DNA of 63,419 bases, the filler included, from Octopus bimaculoides (lineage: Eukaryota): assembly GCF_001194135.2 (NCBI RefSeq). It is 4 parts of 4 records of this genome, joined end to end, with 100 filler letters (N's around TTAATTAATTAA, not from the genome) between each part and the next. Parts side by side here need not be neighbours in the genome. Positions count along the whole stretch, not along the records: positions 1 to 28,093 come from NC_069010.1; 3 more parts are not named here. The stretch is one strand, 5' to 3'. This document shows, in pieces, positions 12,631 to 25,430 of this stretch. Both the position numbers and the translations under genes were made by a program. The notes beneath the pieces are model-generated. The model made no database searches, was not told the DNA's origin, and saw only the letters and a list, made by a program, of their open reading frames with translations. The stretch's first letter is position 1; each line of letters begins with the position of its first letter.

Positions 12631-15600
12631 CTGGAAATATAAATTGACACAATCAATAATAAAATATCAAGAATATATTAGAATTAAAGGATTGAATTTC
12701 TTTAACTAAATACTACAAGGTCAATAGAATTAGTCACAATTTGCATGGCTCCAGAAAAATAAAATTTGCAAACCAGACACATTTAAAACTTCACTTGAGG
12801 AAAGTGAGATTTCAAAATAGATATAATCATCCAGAGAGGAAGGGAAGTAGCTATGTGGTCACTTGACACAAAGAACTTTTAAACGTGACCTTAAAAAGCA
12901 AGCCTGGCTAATCTTAATTTGATATCAGTGACTGAAACAAAAGGTTGCTGAGTTTCTAAAGAGAAATAGTTCATTCCTAATAATAATGTTTAAAGACACT
13001 TCATTTGACTAACGTAGTCACTTATTTCTTAGTTTGATCTTTTTTATGTGTTTCAGTTATTTTTAAAGTCTTGTACTTATTCTTTTAGCCTCTTTTGCCA
13101 CACTGCTAAACTGCAGGGATATAGACAAACCAACACAAGTTCTCAAGAGATGGAGAGAACAAACACAAAGACACACTTACACAGTCAACTTCTTATAGTT
13201 TCCATCTTCTAAATGTACTCAGAAGGCTTTGGCTGGCCAAAGGCTACAGGCGAACAGGATGTCACGCAGTAGGACTGAACCCAAGATCACGTTGTTTGAA
13301 AGCAAGCTCATATATCAATAAAAATATTCTTTTCTACTCTAGGCACAAGGCCTGAAATTTTGGGGGAGGGGGCCATTCGATTAGATCGACCCCAGTATGC
13401 AACTGATACTTAATTTATCAACCCTCAAAGGATGAAAGGCAAAGTCAACCTCAGTGGAATTTGAACTCAGAGCATAAAGACAGACGAAATACCGCTAAAC
13501 ATTTCGCCTGGTGTGCTAACGTTTCTGCCAGCTCGCTACCTTAGATGAATAAAAACATTCTCACATTCACACACATATGTAAATAATGATAAAACAGACT
13601 ATAAACTTTCATTCATCAGAAAATTTAGGCTTTTATTTCCCTGAACATTTATGTGAATCTGTTGTAGTCCAACTAGATCTAATAAGTGTTTAATAAACTG
13701 ATATTACAATTAGTTATAGTAGTATTACTATTACTGTCGTGATGATTACAATCTCTGTTGATATATAATCATTATTTTGTTACCCATTATTACTAATATA
13801 ATCCTATTGCTGTTATAACTACTACCACCAATTTATGGAATTTTTTTACCACAAATATGATGACTAATGCTTTTTCTCTTTGATTGTAACTTTTCTCAGC
13901 CAGTAATAATGACTGCAAAGCATGAGCTATTGCTTTCAGGCTACCATCTTCATATTTGTGTAAAATCACAGCTCCAATACTACTTTCACTAGCATCTACT
14001 ACCACTTCTATTTCTAAATTCAGGTCAAAATGTGATAACAACAATTCTGACGTGAAGATGTTTTTAATTTCTTCAAAAGCTCTTTGGCATTGGACTGACC
14101 AGTTCCACTTAACGTCTTTTTTTAACAAATTATTCAGGGGTGCTCTTAAATCGTACATATTCAGTATGTATACCTGGTAGTAATTTCCAAGCTCCCAAAA
14201 TGCTTGTAACGTTGTAATGTTTGTCGGGGGAAGCATATTTTTTATTGCACTCGCCCTAGACGGGTCTTGTCTGTGTCCATTTTCATCAATAATCTGCCCT
14301 AGATATTTTATTCTTGGCATAAAAAATTCATTTTTCCTCACTGAGCTTAAAACCCTAATCTTTTATTCTTTCAAAGACCTTTTTAACATGCTCAACATGC
14401 TGACCCCGAGTTTCACTTTTTATGGGTATGTCATCAAGGTAAATCCGAACCTGTGAGCATAATGTCCACAACTTGTTGGGAAATGCCAGGTGCTACCTCT
14501 ATACCAAAAAGGTGTCGATTAAATATATACAACCCTTTATAGGTATTTATTGTCAATAATTTTGAATATTCCTCATTGACTTTTACTTGCAAATATGCTT
14601 CAGATAGGTCCAACTTTGAAAAAAAATTTCTTCCATTCAACTTTGCAAAACTTTCCTCTGGATTTGGTAACGGGTAATTGTATGGCATCAAACATTCATT
14701 TAATCCTGTTGAAAAATCAGTGCATACTTGAATTTTATTATCTTTTTCTTGACATAAACTGTTAGGGACACCCATTTTGTGTAATCAATGTTTTCAATAA
14801 TGCCAAGCTTTTCAAGTCTATCCAATTCTTCGTTGACTTGTTTCAATGCTACGAAAGGTACCATTCATTTTGGTTTAAATACCGGTATAGCATTTTCTTT
14901 CACTTGAAACTTCACCTCTGTTCTGGTTCAAAGATCCAATTCATAAGATAAAAAACCTCAGGAAAATGTTTTAATTCTTTTTTTAAATCCTCCAATGCTT
15001 TATTTGTACTGGTGGAAGAACCATTCACATTTTTACAAAAAATATTTTATGGGGAGGTCCCATAAGTTAAAGTTTCATCCAGTCTGTTNNNNNNNNNNNN
15101 NNNNNNNNNNNNNNNNNNNNNNNNNNNNNNNNNNNNNNNNNNNNNNNNNNNNNNNNNNNNNNNNNNNNNNNNNNNNNNNNNNNNNNNNNNNNNNNNNNNN
15201 NNNNNNNNNNNNNNNNNNNNNNNNNNNNNNNNNNNNNNNNNNNNNNNNNNNNNNNNNNNNNNNNNNNNNNNNNNNNNNNNNNNNNNNNNNNNNNNNNNNN
15301 NNNNNNNNNNNNNNNNNNNNNNNNNNNNNNNNNNNNNNNNNNNNNNNNNNNNNNNNNTGTAAACCTCCGCATCCATAGCATGGATTTGGTCTTTGTTTTT
15401 GTTTTTTTTTCCTTTTTCTTATCCATTTCAAGTCGACACGCATGTATCCGAGAGCAATCTTTTTCTTCAATTTTATCTGCATCATGTCTTAAATTTATAA
15501 TTCTCTGGCATTCTTCAGTCACTGCATGTAGAGTTAATTTTTGGTCCTGTTCTAATTTTGTTAATATACAGAACATATATCAGCATCTTTTCTTGCAGTT

Positions 15601-18600
15601 AACCCTTGTACAAAAATTAGACATTTGAACAAATCCAGGGTTAATTCATTTAATTTGAATTTTTCACATTGTCTGTTAACGACCCCACCATAGGTGACGA
15701 ACCCTTCATCTTTTTCAACTAAATTTCAACATTGCTGACAAGTATTGGACAGGGAACTTCTTTCACTGAAACTTTTCGATAACAAATTAATTGTTTCATC
15801 GAAATAAATCTCACCTGGTTTCTTCAACAGAATATTATTACAGTATTTTTTCATGTCCGGCAGGGGATAATTGATGAAGGCTACATGCACTGCCCCTTCC
15901 TCAACGTCCACTTTCTCTCAGCAACATATTTGAGAATGAGGAAAATAATCCAAGAAACAAACATCAAATATTTAATGGATTATTATTTATGAACAGTATT
16001 AACAATTTCCTTCATCAAACACACATCAAAACATCTACATATAAAGAATGGCTCCCGTAAATATCCACATTTCAACATATTACAAAGGTGAAAGAGTTAA
16101 GTAGGAAATACATTTGTAAATCTTGAATCCTCATCAACATGGCCTCAGGTTTTCAATCTGTGATAAAATAGAAACTACATCTACAAGAGATATTTCCTGA
16201 CATAGATTCGTGTCTTATATGTGAGATTTAACTCATCCGCTTATGACTATGTAATCAGAACCAAGACACCAGTGATACAAATACAGATAATTTTGGTGAT
16301 CCTGTTTGTGCATAAGTCTGAACAAAGCTCGTATACTCACGCTTGAAACAGTAAAAACTGAGAACCAAAAGTAGCAGACCGATCATTGCACCAAAAATAG
16401 CAAGGAATATGGTTAGTTTAAAATCGCTCTTAGATTCTGTTGTATAACCTGTATTAGGTGCAGTGACATCTGTTGATGATGGTGTTGTACATGATAAACC
16501 ATAAACTAGAAAATAAAATATGAGTCAAAGACAAAATTGGAAATAACTTTAAAATGTCAATTTAACTTCAATAAACAAGAGTATTGTTAAATTGGTTCAA
16601 TAAATGTTTATATATATATATATAAGGGCATTACTATACATGAATGCCTCACGCTATGAGGGACTCTAAGGTCAAACTACCAAAATAAACACATTATTAC
16701 CGAATGCAAGGAAATGCAACTCTCACCGCTGGCCTCTTAAAAACAGACTGAACTATATATCAACGATTTCGCAGTTATTACAACAATAGGTAACTTCTGC
16801 TCATCAGTATAGTATGGTCAAATACATAAAAATAAACAAAAAATTCAACATACCAAACGAACACCTCATGTATCCGGCATAGTACATAGAAAATTGTTTA
16901 TCTCTATATATCTATGTAAAAGGCGGGCTTTTTTTTAATTGCATCTCGGTACATGTGTTTTTTTTTTCCAGAATAAAATTCAGCACTGAATATATTCCGG
17001 TTATATATTTAATTAATTCAATAATAGGATAAAAATGTGTTTATTTTGGTAGTTTGACCTTAGAGTCCCTCATAGCGTGAGGCATTCATGTATGGTAATG
17101 CCCTTATATAAATAAATGATTTTTCCCTTATGAGGTTTTTTCACACTAGCTACTTGATAAATTCTTATAAAAGATTTTATCCTATTATTGAATTAATTAT
17201 ATATATAAATTTTATTATGATATTTACTTTGCATTATATTATACTTATTTATTGTACTTTTAATTATAAATTTTTTCTATATGTGACAGTGGATTTTCAT
17301 CGATGAGTTCATAGAGCTTGGTTCTTTTCCCTAATACTATATATTAATATATATATATAAAGATAGATGGATAGATAGATAGATAACGGATAGAGTCAAC
17401 GACTATTGGAAAGGTTGTAAGATGCAATGAAAATTTTTAAAAGAATAAATAAGTAAATGAGTGGAAATCAAACTAGTGTTTTAAGTAATAAGGCACTAAA
17501 AGAGAGTGAACCACCAGGGTATTTGAGAGAATCAATTTCCCAAGTCTCTAAAGTTTTTATGGCTACCGTGCATCTTCCACATCCATAAGCTATCTTCTCT
17601 GATAATCTTCCTGTTAATCCAATGCACCACTTGTGTGCCCATAGCTTACACTGGGTACACCATATGGAGTTCCTACCTACACCTTTCCTACAAATCAAAT
17701 AGGGGGCCAACTACCTGAGTGGGGCAGAGTCCTGTCAGTTTTCTTGCTTATAAGGACCTTAGGCTTTGCTATGTTAACTTTAAGGCCCCTAAACTCCAGG
17801 TTTTGCTTCCACACCTGGAATTTCTCATCTAGCTTTGATATGGAATCTGCTAAGAGGCTAAGACCATCAGCATATATTTGCTGGGGGCTGATGATCTTGA
17901 ATTTCGCTGTTATGGCCTGGGGGACAATGATGAAAAGGAGACGACTAAGGATTAGGCCTTGATGAACTGCTACGTGTACACCAAATTCTTTGCTGTATTC
18001 ATAGTTAACTCTTACTTCACTGACAACTTCTTTGTACATTGCCTGTACAGCTTTCACCAACCCTTCATTTATCTGTAGCCTCCTCAGAGTCCACCATATC
18101 GCACTAGATCAACAAATTCCAAGTATAATGGCTTATTCTTAGCTAAGTACTTCTCTTGTAGTTGTCTGACTATGAAAATAGCATCAGTTGTGCTTGTTTC
18201 TCAGGCAAAGCCAAACTGCATTTCATGTAGCCTAATTCTGCTCCTAATTAACTGGGTTATAACCCTCTCCATAATTTTCATCTCCTGGTCCAGGACTTTG
18301 AACCCTCTATAATTGCTTCTATCTAATACATCATACTCACCCTTGTTGCAGCTAACAATCATGCTGCTATGCCAGCCACTGGGTATTACACCTTCCTGAA
18401 TGATAGGATTAACTCTGTGAGTGTTACCAGCCCATATATTACCTTATTGGATATTTTAAGCATCCCAACAGTGATTCCAGATGAACCATGGGCTTTCCTG
18501 GTTTTCAGGTTTTTAAATGCCTTATCTACTACACTGCTGTCCACTAGGATAGCTGGTCCCTCTGATGGGTTCAAACAAGGGAGACTCCCTTTATCCCATT

Positions 18601-20023
18601 CATTCTCTACATTCAACAGCCTTGCATAGTAACTTTTCCATGCTTCTTTCTTGTCCACATCATTAAGAGCAAGCATATCATTATCCATCTGCACACACTT
18701 TTCACCTACAATATCTCTATTCTCACTGACACACTGTCTGGCAATCCAGAGCACTTAAGTCTCTGATCTTCATGCTGTAGGACTTTGGCAAACCTCTTCT
18801 TTTACGTTGGATAAACCTGGTGTTTAGCCTCCCTTTTAGCCGTCTAAGATTCTTTGATACAAGCCCCACACTTTCGAGACCCCTCTTTTCTCTTTTATCA
18901 CCATGTCAACCTCACTGTTCCCCACCACATCACCTTTGGTCAAGCAGGGTCTTTGCTCCAACCACAAATTTGGTTTGTTGCCCTTAGTAGATTGTCCTAT
19001 AGGAACTTCCAGTTGCCCTCTACATCATATGTCTCTATCTCTCTATCCTTTGTATCATAGGCCTCATTGAGGACATCTTTAAATCTCTGCCCACTTGACA
19101 GATCCTTGAGCTTCCACAGCCACCTTTTTCATATTGGATTGTATCTCAGGATCTTTCTGGCTCTAAGCCTGAGGTCACTAATCACTAGTTTATCTTCAGT
19201 TGTACATTCTTCTCCTTGTGAAGGATTTTGCATTTATAAGCATATATCTATCCATGTTTTTGGTGAGGATGTAGTCTATCTGGCTGGTGTGTCCCCCCTC
19301 ATAAAAGCAACCCTTTATTCAAAATAGCATTTAATCATTCACCTGTTTTTATATACCACTGTCTGTATTATATACCACTAGAATCTGCTGCTCATCAGAA
19401 CTGGCTGGCTACCAATCACCCTAATTCCTTCCATTATATATATTCTGTCTTATTCCCCATGTGTCCGTCAAACACCTTACCCGTTACTTCCACCATCATA
19501 CAGCTATATTACTCTGAAACTGCCACAGATCCGATATGCATATCCCATCAACCTTTGTTGCTGATTTCCAAACATTTTATGCAAAATACACAATACATAA
19601 TCTGCATTTTAATAATGTTTTTGCTTTGTCATTACTTTAGTTTTACTTACTCTGAAAGTTACTGCTTTTCGACCGAATACAATCGACACCACATTTATTA
19701 TATTCATTCTTACATATACATTTCCCATCAACATTCCAAAAGTCATCAAGTATTTCAACCTTTAAGAAAAAAGAAAAAAAACACACTGAATAAATATTTA
19801 AATAAGCAAACAAAACAAATGAGAAGCTTCAGTACTTTCATCATAACATATCCTTGTACTCTGACCTCACATCTTTCTGTCTTTCCAGCTGGAGAAGCCA
19901 CATGTATTCACCTCTTTAGCATACTTATTCTATCGGTCTCTTTTGCTGAACTGGTAAGTTACGGGGATGTAAACACACCAGCATCGGTTGTCAAGCGATG
20001 GTGTGGGGACAAACATGGACACA

Positions 20024-20075
<52 letters not shown>

Positions 20076-21631
20076 NNNNNNNNNNNNNNNNNNNNNNNNN
20101 NNNNNNNNNNNNNNNNNNNNNNNNNNNNNNNNNNNNNNNNNNNNNNNNNNNNNNNNNNNNNNNNNNNNNNNNNNNNNNNNNNNNNNNNNNNNNNNNNNNN
20201 NNNNNNNNNNNNNNNNNNNNNNNNNNNNNNNNNNNNNNNNNNNNNNNNNNNNNNNNNNNNNNNNNNNNNNNNNNNNNNNNNNNNNNNNNNNNNNNNNNNN
20301 NNNNNNNNNNNNNNNNNNNNNNNNNNNNNNNNNNNNNNNNNNNNNNNNNNNNNNNNNNNNNNNNNNNNNNNNNNNNNNNNNNNNNNNNNNNNNNNNNNNN
20401 NNNNNNNNNNNNNNNNNNNNNNNNNNNNNNNNNNNNNNNNNNNNNNNNNNNNNNNNNNNNNNNNNNNNNNNNNNNNNNNNNNNNNNNNNNNNNNNNNNNN
20501 NNNNNNNNNNNNNNNGTGTGTAGAAGTGTTTGTCATGAAAGAAACAAATTATTCTTTTAAATTACATAGCTGGTGAAAAGTCCTGAGAATCTAAAAATGT
20601 GGAAGAAGTGGAAAATCCCCCATCTTCAGATTAACAGATTTCTTTTTAAATGTAATAATTTAACAAAATGTTGTAAGCAAATACCAATATATGAAGAATA
20701 ACTTACAGTTGTGTAGTATTTTCCAGAACATATTCTATGAAATTCATGGGTTAATTTTGAGGTTGTCTGAAAATGACAAAATGACAAAAAAAAAAACGAT
20801 TTGTAAAGTTGGCCTATAAATAGAATCTCTGAACATTTTTTCAAAGTAAATCTATAATTTTCAGGGACATCTTTGAAACCTAGTGTAATATAAAATAAAA
20901 TTTATAGATATTCCAATTATTCTGGTGCAATTAAATTTGTTGAAATGATTTGTCTTACTGAATTCAATGATTAAAATTAAGTTTTTGTCAAGACAAAAAT
21001 CAATACTAGTTTAATAGTTGAAAAAAGAAAAAGAAATTGTTTTTATTTAGCAATAGAAAGGATGTTTAAAAGAATCATTCTTTATATAATTACATCATGT
21101 AAAACAAGACTGCTACAGGCTAATTTTCTTCATTTTGTTTTAAAGCCAAAAGTAGAACTGATAGAGAAATAGAAAGACAATTTAAATACTTAGTTTTATG
21201 GCTTTAGTGAAAATAACAAGACTGTGTAGTGTACAAGACAATGGAGTGTATTGAAGCAAAATGACCTTTATTACAGTTATTACAAAATCGTTAACATCAA
21301 TATAGTCAAAAATAATTTACCAGGACACCGCCTGACTGGCCTTCGTAGGATTTTCGAGCGAGATCGTTGCCAGTGCCCCTGGACTAGCTCTTGTGCAGGT
21401 GGCACATAAAATGCACCATTTTGAGCGTGGCCATTGCCAGTACCGCCTGACTAGCTTTCATGCGGGTGACATGTAAAAGCACCCACTACACTCTCTGAGT
21501 GGTTAGCGTTAGGAAGGGCATCCAGCTGTAGAAACTCTGCCAAATCAGATTGGAGCCTGTTGCAGCCATCTGGTTTCACCAGTCCTCAGTCAAATCGTCC
21601 AACCCATGCTAGCATGGAAAGCGGACGTTAA

Positions 21632-21678
<47 letters not shown>

Positions 21679-22667
21679 ATCAGTAAAACAATGCAAGGGA
21701 ATGAGTTTTATGTAATTGAGCTTTACTTAAAACTAATTAATCGATAACATGAACGACAATAGGGAAATAAAGACTTGGAAAAGAAACATTTTCTCTTTTT
21801 ATTATTGAGGATTAGAGAAANNNNNNNNNNNNNNNNNNNNNNNNNNNNNNNNNNNNNNNNNNNNNNNNNNNNNNNNNNNNNNNNNNNNNNNNNNNNNNNN
21901 NNNNNNNNNNNNNNNNNNNNNNNNNNNNNNNNNNNNNNNNNNNNNNNNNNNNNNNNNNNNNNNNNNNNNNNNNNNNNNNNNNNNNNNNNNNNNNNNNNNN
22001 NNNNNNNNNNNNNNNNNNNNNNNNNNNNNNNNNNNNNNNNNNNNNNNNNNNNNNNNNNNNNNNNNNNNNNNNNNNNNNNNNNNNNNNNNNNNNNNNNNNN
22101 NNNNNNNNNNNNNNNNNNNNNNNNNNNNNNNNNNNNNNNNNNNNNNNNNNNNNNNNNNNNNNNNNNNNNNNNNNNNNNNNNNNNNNNNNNNNNNNNNNNN
22201 NNNNNNNNNNNNNNNNNNNNNNNNNNNNNNNNNNNNNNNNNNNNNNNNNNNNNNNNNNNNNNNNNNNNNNNNNNNNNNNNNNNNNNNNNNNNNNNNNNNN
22301 NNNNNNNNNNNNNNNNNNNNNNNNNNNNNNNNNNNNNNNNNNNNNNNNNNNNNNNNNNNNNNNNNNNNNNNNNNNNNNNNNNNNNNNNNNNNNNNNNNNN
22401 NNNNNNNNNNNNNNNNNNNNNNNNNNNNNNNNNNNNNNNNNNNNNNNNNNNNNNNNNNNNNNNNNNNNNNNNNNNNNNNNNNNNNNNNNNNNNNNNNNNN
22501 NNNNNNNNNNNNNNNNNNNNNNNNNNNNNNNNNNNNNNNNNNNNNNNNNNNNNNNNNNNNNNNNNNNNNNNNNNNNNNNNNNNNNNNNNNNNNNNNNNNN
22601 NNNNNNNNNNNNNNNNNNNNNNNNNNNNNNNNNNNNNNNNNNNNNNNNNNNNNNNNNNNNNNNNNNN

Positions 22668-22705
<38 letters not shown>

Positions 22706-25365
22706 CATATATATATATTACGGGCTTCTTTTCAGTTTCCGTCTACCAAATCCACTCACAAGGCTTAGGTCGACCTCAGGCTATAGAAGAAGACACTTGC
22801 CCAGGGTCCCATGCAGTGGGACTGAACTTGGTTGGTAAGCAAGCTACTTACCACACAGCCACTCCTACGCCTTACAAACTTTATGGCAAAATTTGAATAC
22901 TGGCTACATATGTAGTCAAATTACAAATCAATATTAAAACACAGAAATAACAAATAGTTTTTAACCTTCCATTTCAACATTATCATCAATGACAACGTTT
23001 ACCACCTTATTCTTCCTACAGCTTCTATGCTTTTGGAACACTCACACAGTAAATTAGCTCAACCAGGTAACAATAACTATCAACTAAGAGGTTTTCTGAG
23101 CATTTAAAAGACATTATTTTACATAAGTTCTAACTGCCGACTTCTCCTGTGCAAACCAAATCTACCTTTTCTGCAAGCCAGTAACCACACTACACCTGTT
23201 TTATGTCCGTAATTTACATTGAGTGTGTTATATGAAATTTCTACTGATTCCTTTTTTGCATATCAAATACAGTCATTTTCCTGATGGTATCAGAGTCTGT
23301 CTTTCCTACTTGCTAAAACTTTAGTCTTTTACCAAGCTTACTTTCAAACTTTCAATACTAGATGTTTCCTTCTCTTCCTGGAAATCTTTTGTATATCTTC
23401 AACTGATAAAAACCAAAAGAACTAACACAATATACACCACCACCACTAGTTTCCTCCAAGATTTTAAATAAATAATAATTTCAGGTTCCTTACTGAATGT
23501 ATCAACTTTAGCAGTTAGATAACTGTTTCCAGATTCCGGCAACGGATAAAGACGAACCAATATTTCTTTATTTTTTCTTACAGGATGTATATTAAATTCA
23601 AAGTGATGCTGCAAATAAATTTTTAAAATTCTACTAATATAATAGCATATTCAAAATATTGATCAGTTCAATCAAATTTTGTGATAATTTTAATCATATT
23701 TAAAAAATAAAAAACATTCAGCTATTTTACTCTGTTATTATTTTCATATATTTTTCATTNNNNNNNNNNNNNNNNNNNNNNNNNNNNNNNNNNNNNNNNN
23801 NNNNNNNNNNNNNNNNNNNNNNNNNNNNNNNNNNNNNNNNNNNNNNNNNNNNNNNNNNNNNNNNNNNNNNNNNNNNNNNNNNNNNNNNNNNNNNNNNNNN
23901 NNNNNNNNNNNNNNNNNNNNNNNNNNNNNNNNNNNNNNNNNNNNNNNNNNNNNNNNNNNNNNNNNNNNNNNNNNNNNNNNNNNNNNNNNNNNNNNNNNNN
24001 NNNNNNNNNNNNNNNNNNNNNNNNNNNNNNNNCACCATTGTCAACAGCATTTGGGGTTTTTTTTACCTGTGTATATTAGAACCTCGCTGATCCTCTTTGC
24101 TTCTGTTTCAATTAATTTTTTCATCAAAAATATTAACCCATTACCTACCAGTGATCTCATATGAGATCACTTAAAAATTACAAATTTCGTAATTATCTGT
24201 CAATATTTACACATATCTAACCTTTTTGCTATATCTACTAGGTATATTTCTCTGATATTCAAATGAGGTTTGCTAATTTTTCACCCAATATCTCGCTTAT
24301 TTCTATTTAAAATGTTATTTTGAAATGTTATTTTGATCATTCGAGCGTGTTTCTAAGGCTGTTTTATGCTAGAAATCAAAGTTTCATAAAAAAAATTCCA
24401 GTTAATAGAATTATGGGAGGTAATGGGTTAAAGTGACAATCACCTTTTCTCAATATCTCTGGCGCTACCATTTATATAGCTAGGAATGCCTACTCTCTTA
24501 GATACAAGGGAATGTGTATCTTTACACATACTTACTTTAAATCTGTTATTGATGTTAGTCTTCACTAAGTCAAAGCTAAGAAGCAGAGCCATTACATACA
24601 TATTAACACATGCAAACTTGATGAGGAACTTTTCTTCTTCATTTGCTCTTTTATAACCTTCATTACTCAACAACTTCTACTTTCTACAGTCCAAGCTAAA
24701 AAGCATTCACATCTTCCTCTAATCTTCCAATTTTTTCCTTCAAAAGGAACAAATATTTACCAAACTATTTCGTCAGAACTCTCTTCCTCCAGCAACATTC
24801 AAAATAGAACTTTCACTCCTAAAGTCCACATGGATCCCTTTGTCTCTAACATCATCTTTATAATCCATCTTAAAATTTAGTTCAATGTCACCATTTACTT
24901 CAACTTCACCAAACCAATGAGAGAACTTCTATATGGTTGCTTTACCTACTAAATATAACAGTTAAATCCCCCTCAAATCACTTCCTATGCTGTTTCTAAA
25001 ATGAGGGTGTTTGTTAATGTATCCCTAGAAGCACTCTGTCGGAATAAAATACAAAGTGGTCAACACTGAAGTACATCTGATCAAAAGTTAGTTTGATCAG
25101 GGCTAAAAAATAACTTCACCTCCAGCAAATCAACAATACAACATGCAGGGTCTGTAATATATTCCATATAGATGACCACATTCTTGGAGTTTAGGACAGA
25201 CTCTTTAAAGACAGAAATTGTACTCACATTACTAATGGATTTTTTCTTTAGAAATGCAGTAACGTCCAAAATTCTACAGATTTTGTCATCAAAATCATAT
25301 TCAATTTTAAATCCTTTTAAATGGGTTAAACCTATTAAAACAAAATAATCTAGATGTATACATAC

Positions 25366-25430
<65 letters not shown>

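Noticed and set aside
21775-22896. Long ORFs spanning N runs or microsatellites (also at 9.4, 20, 29 and 46 kb)
   Set aside because: Artefacts of X-translated gaps and dinucleotide repeats.
23340-23402. AG...GTAAG-bounded segment downstream of the 23494 exon
   Set aside because: Stop codon in the required frame; the surrounding sequence looks like decayed LINE.
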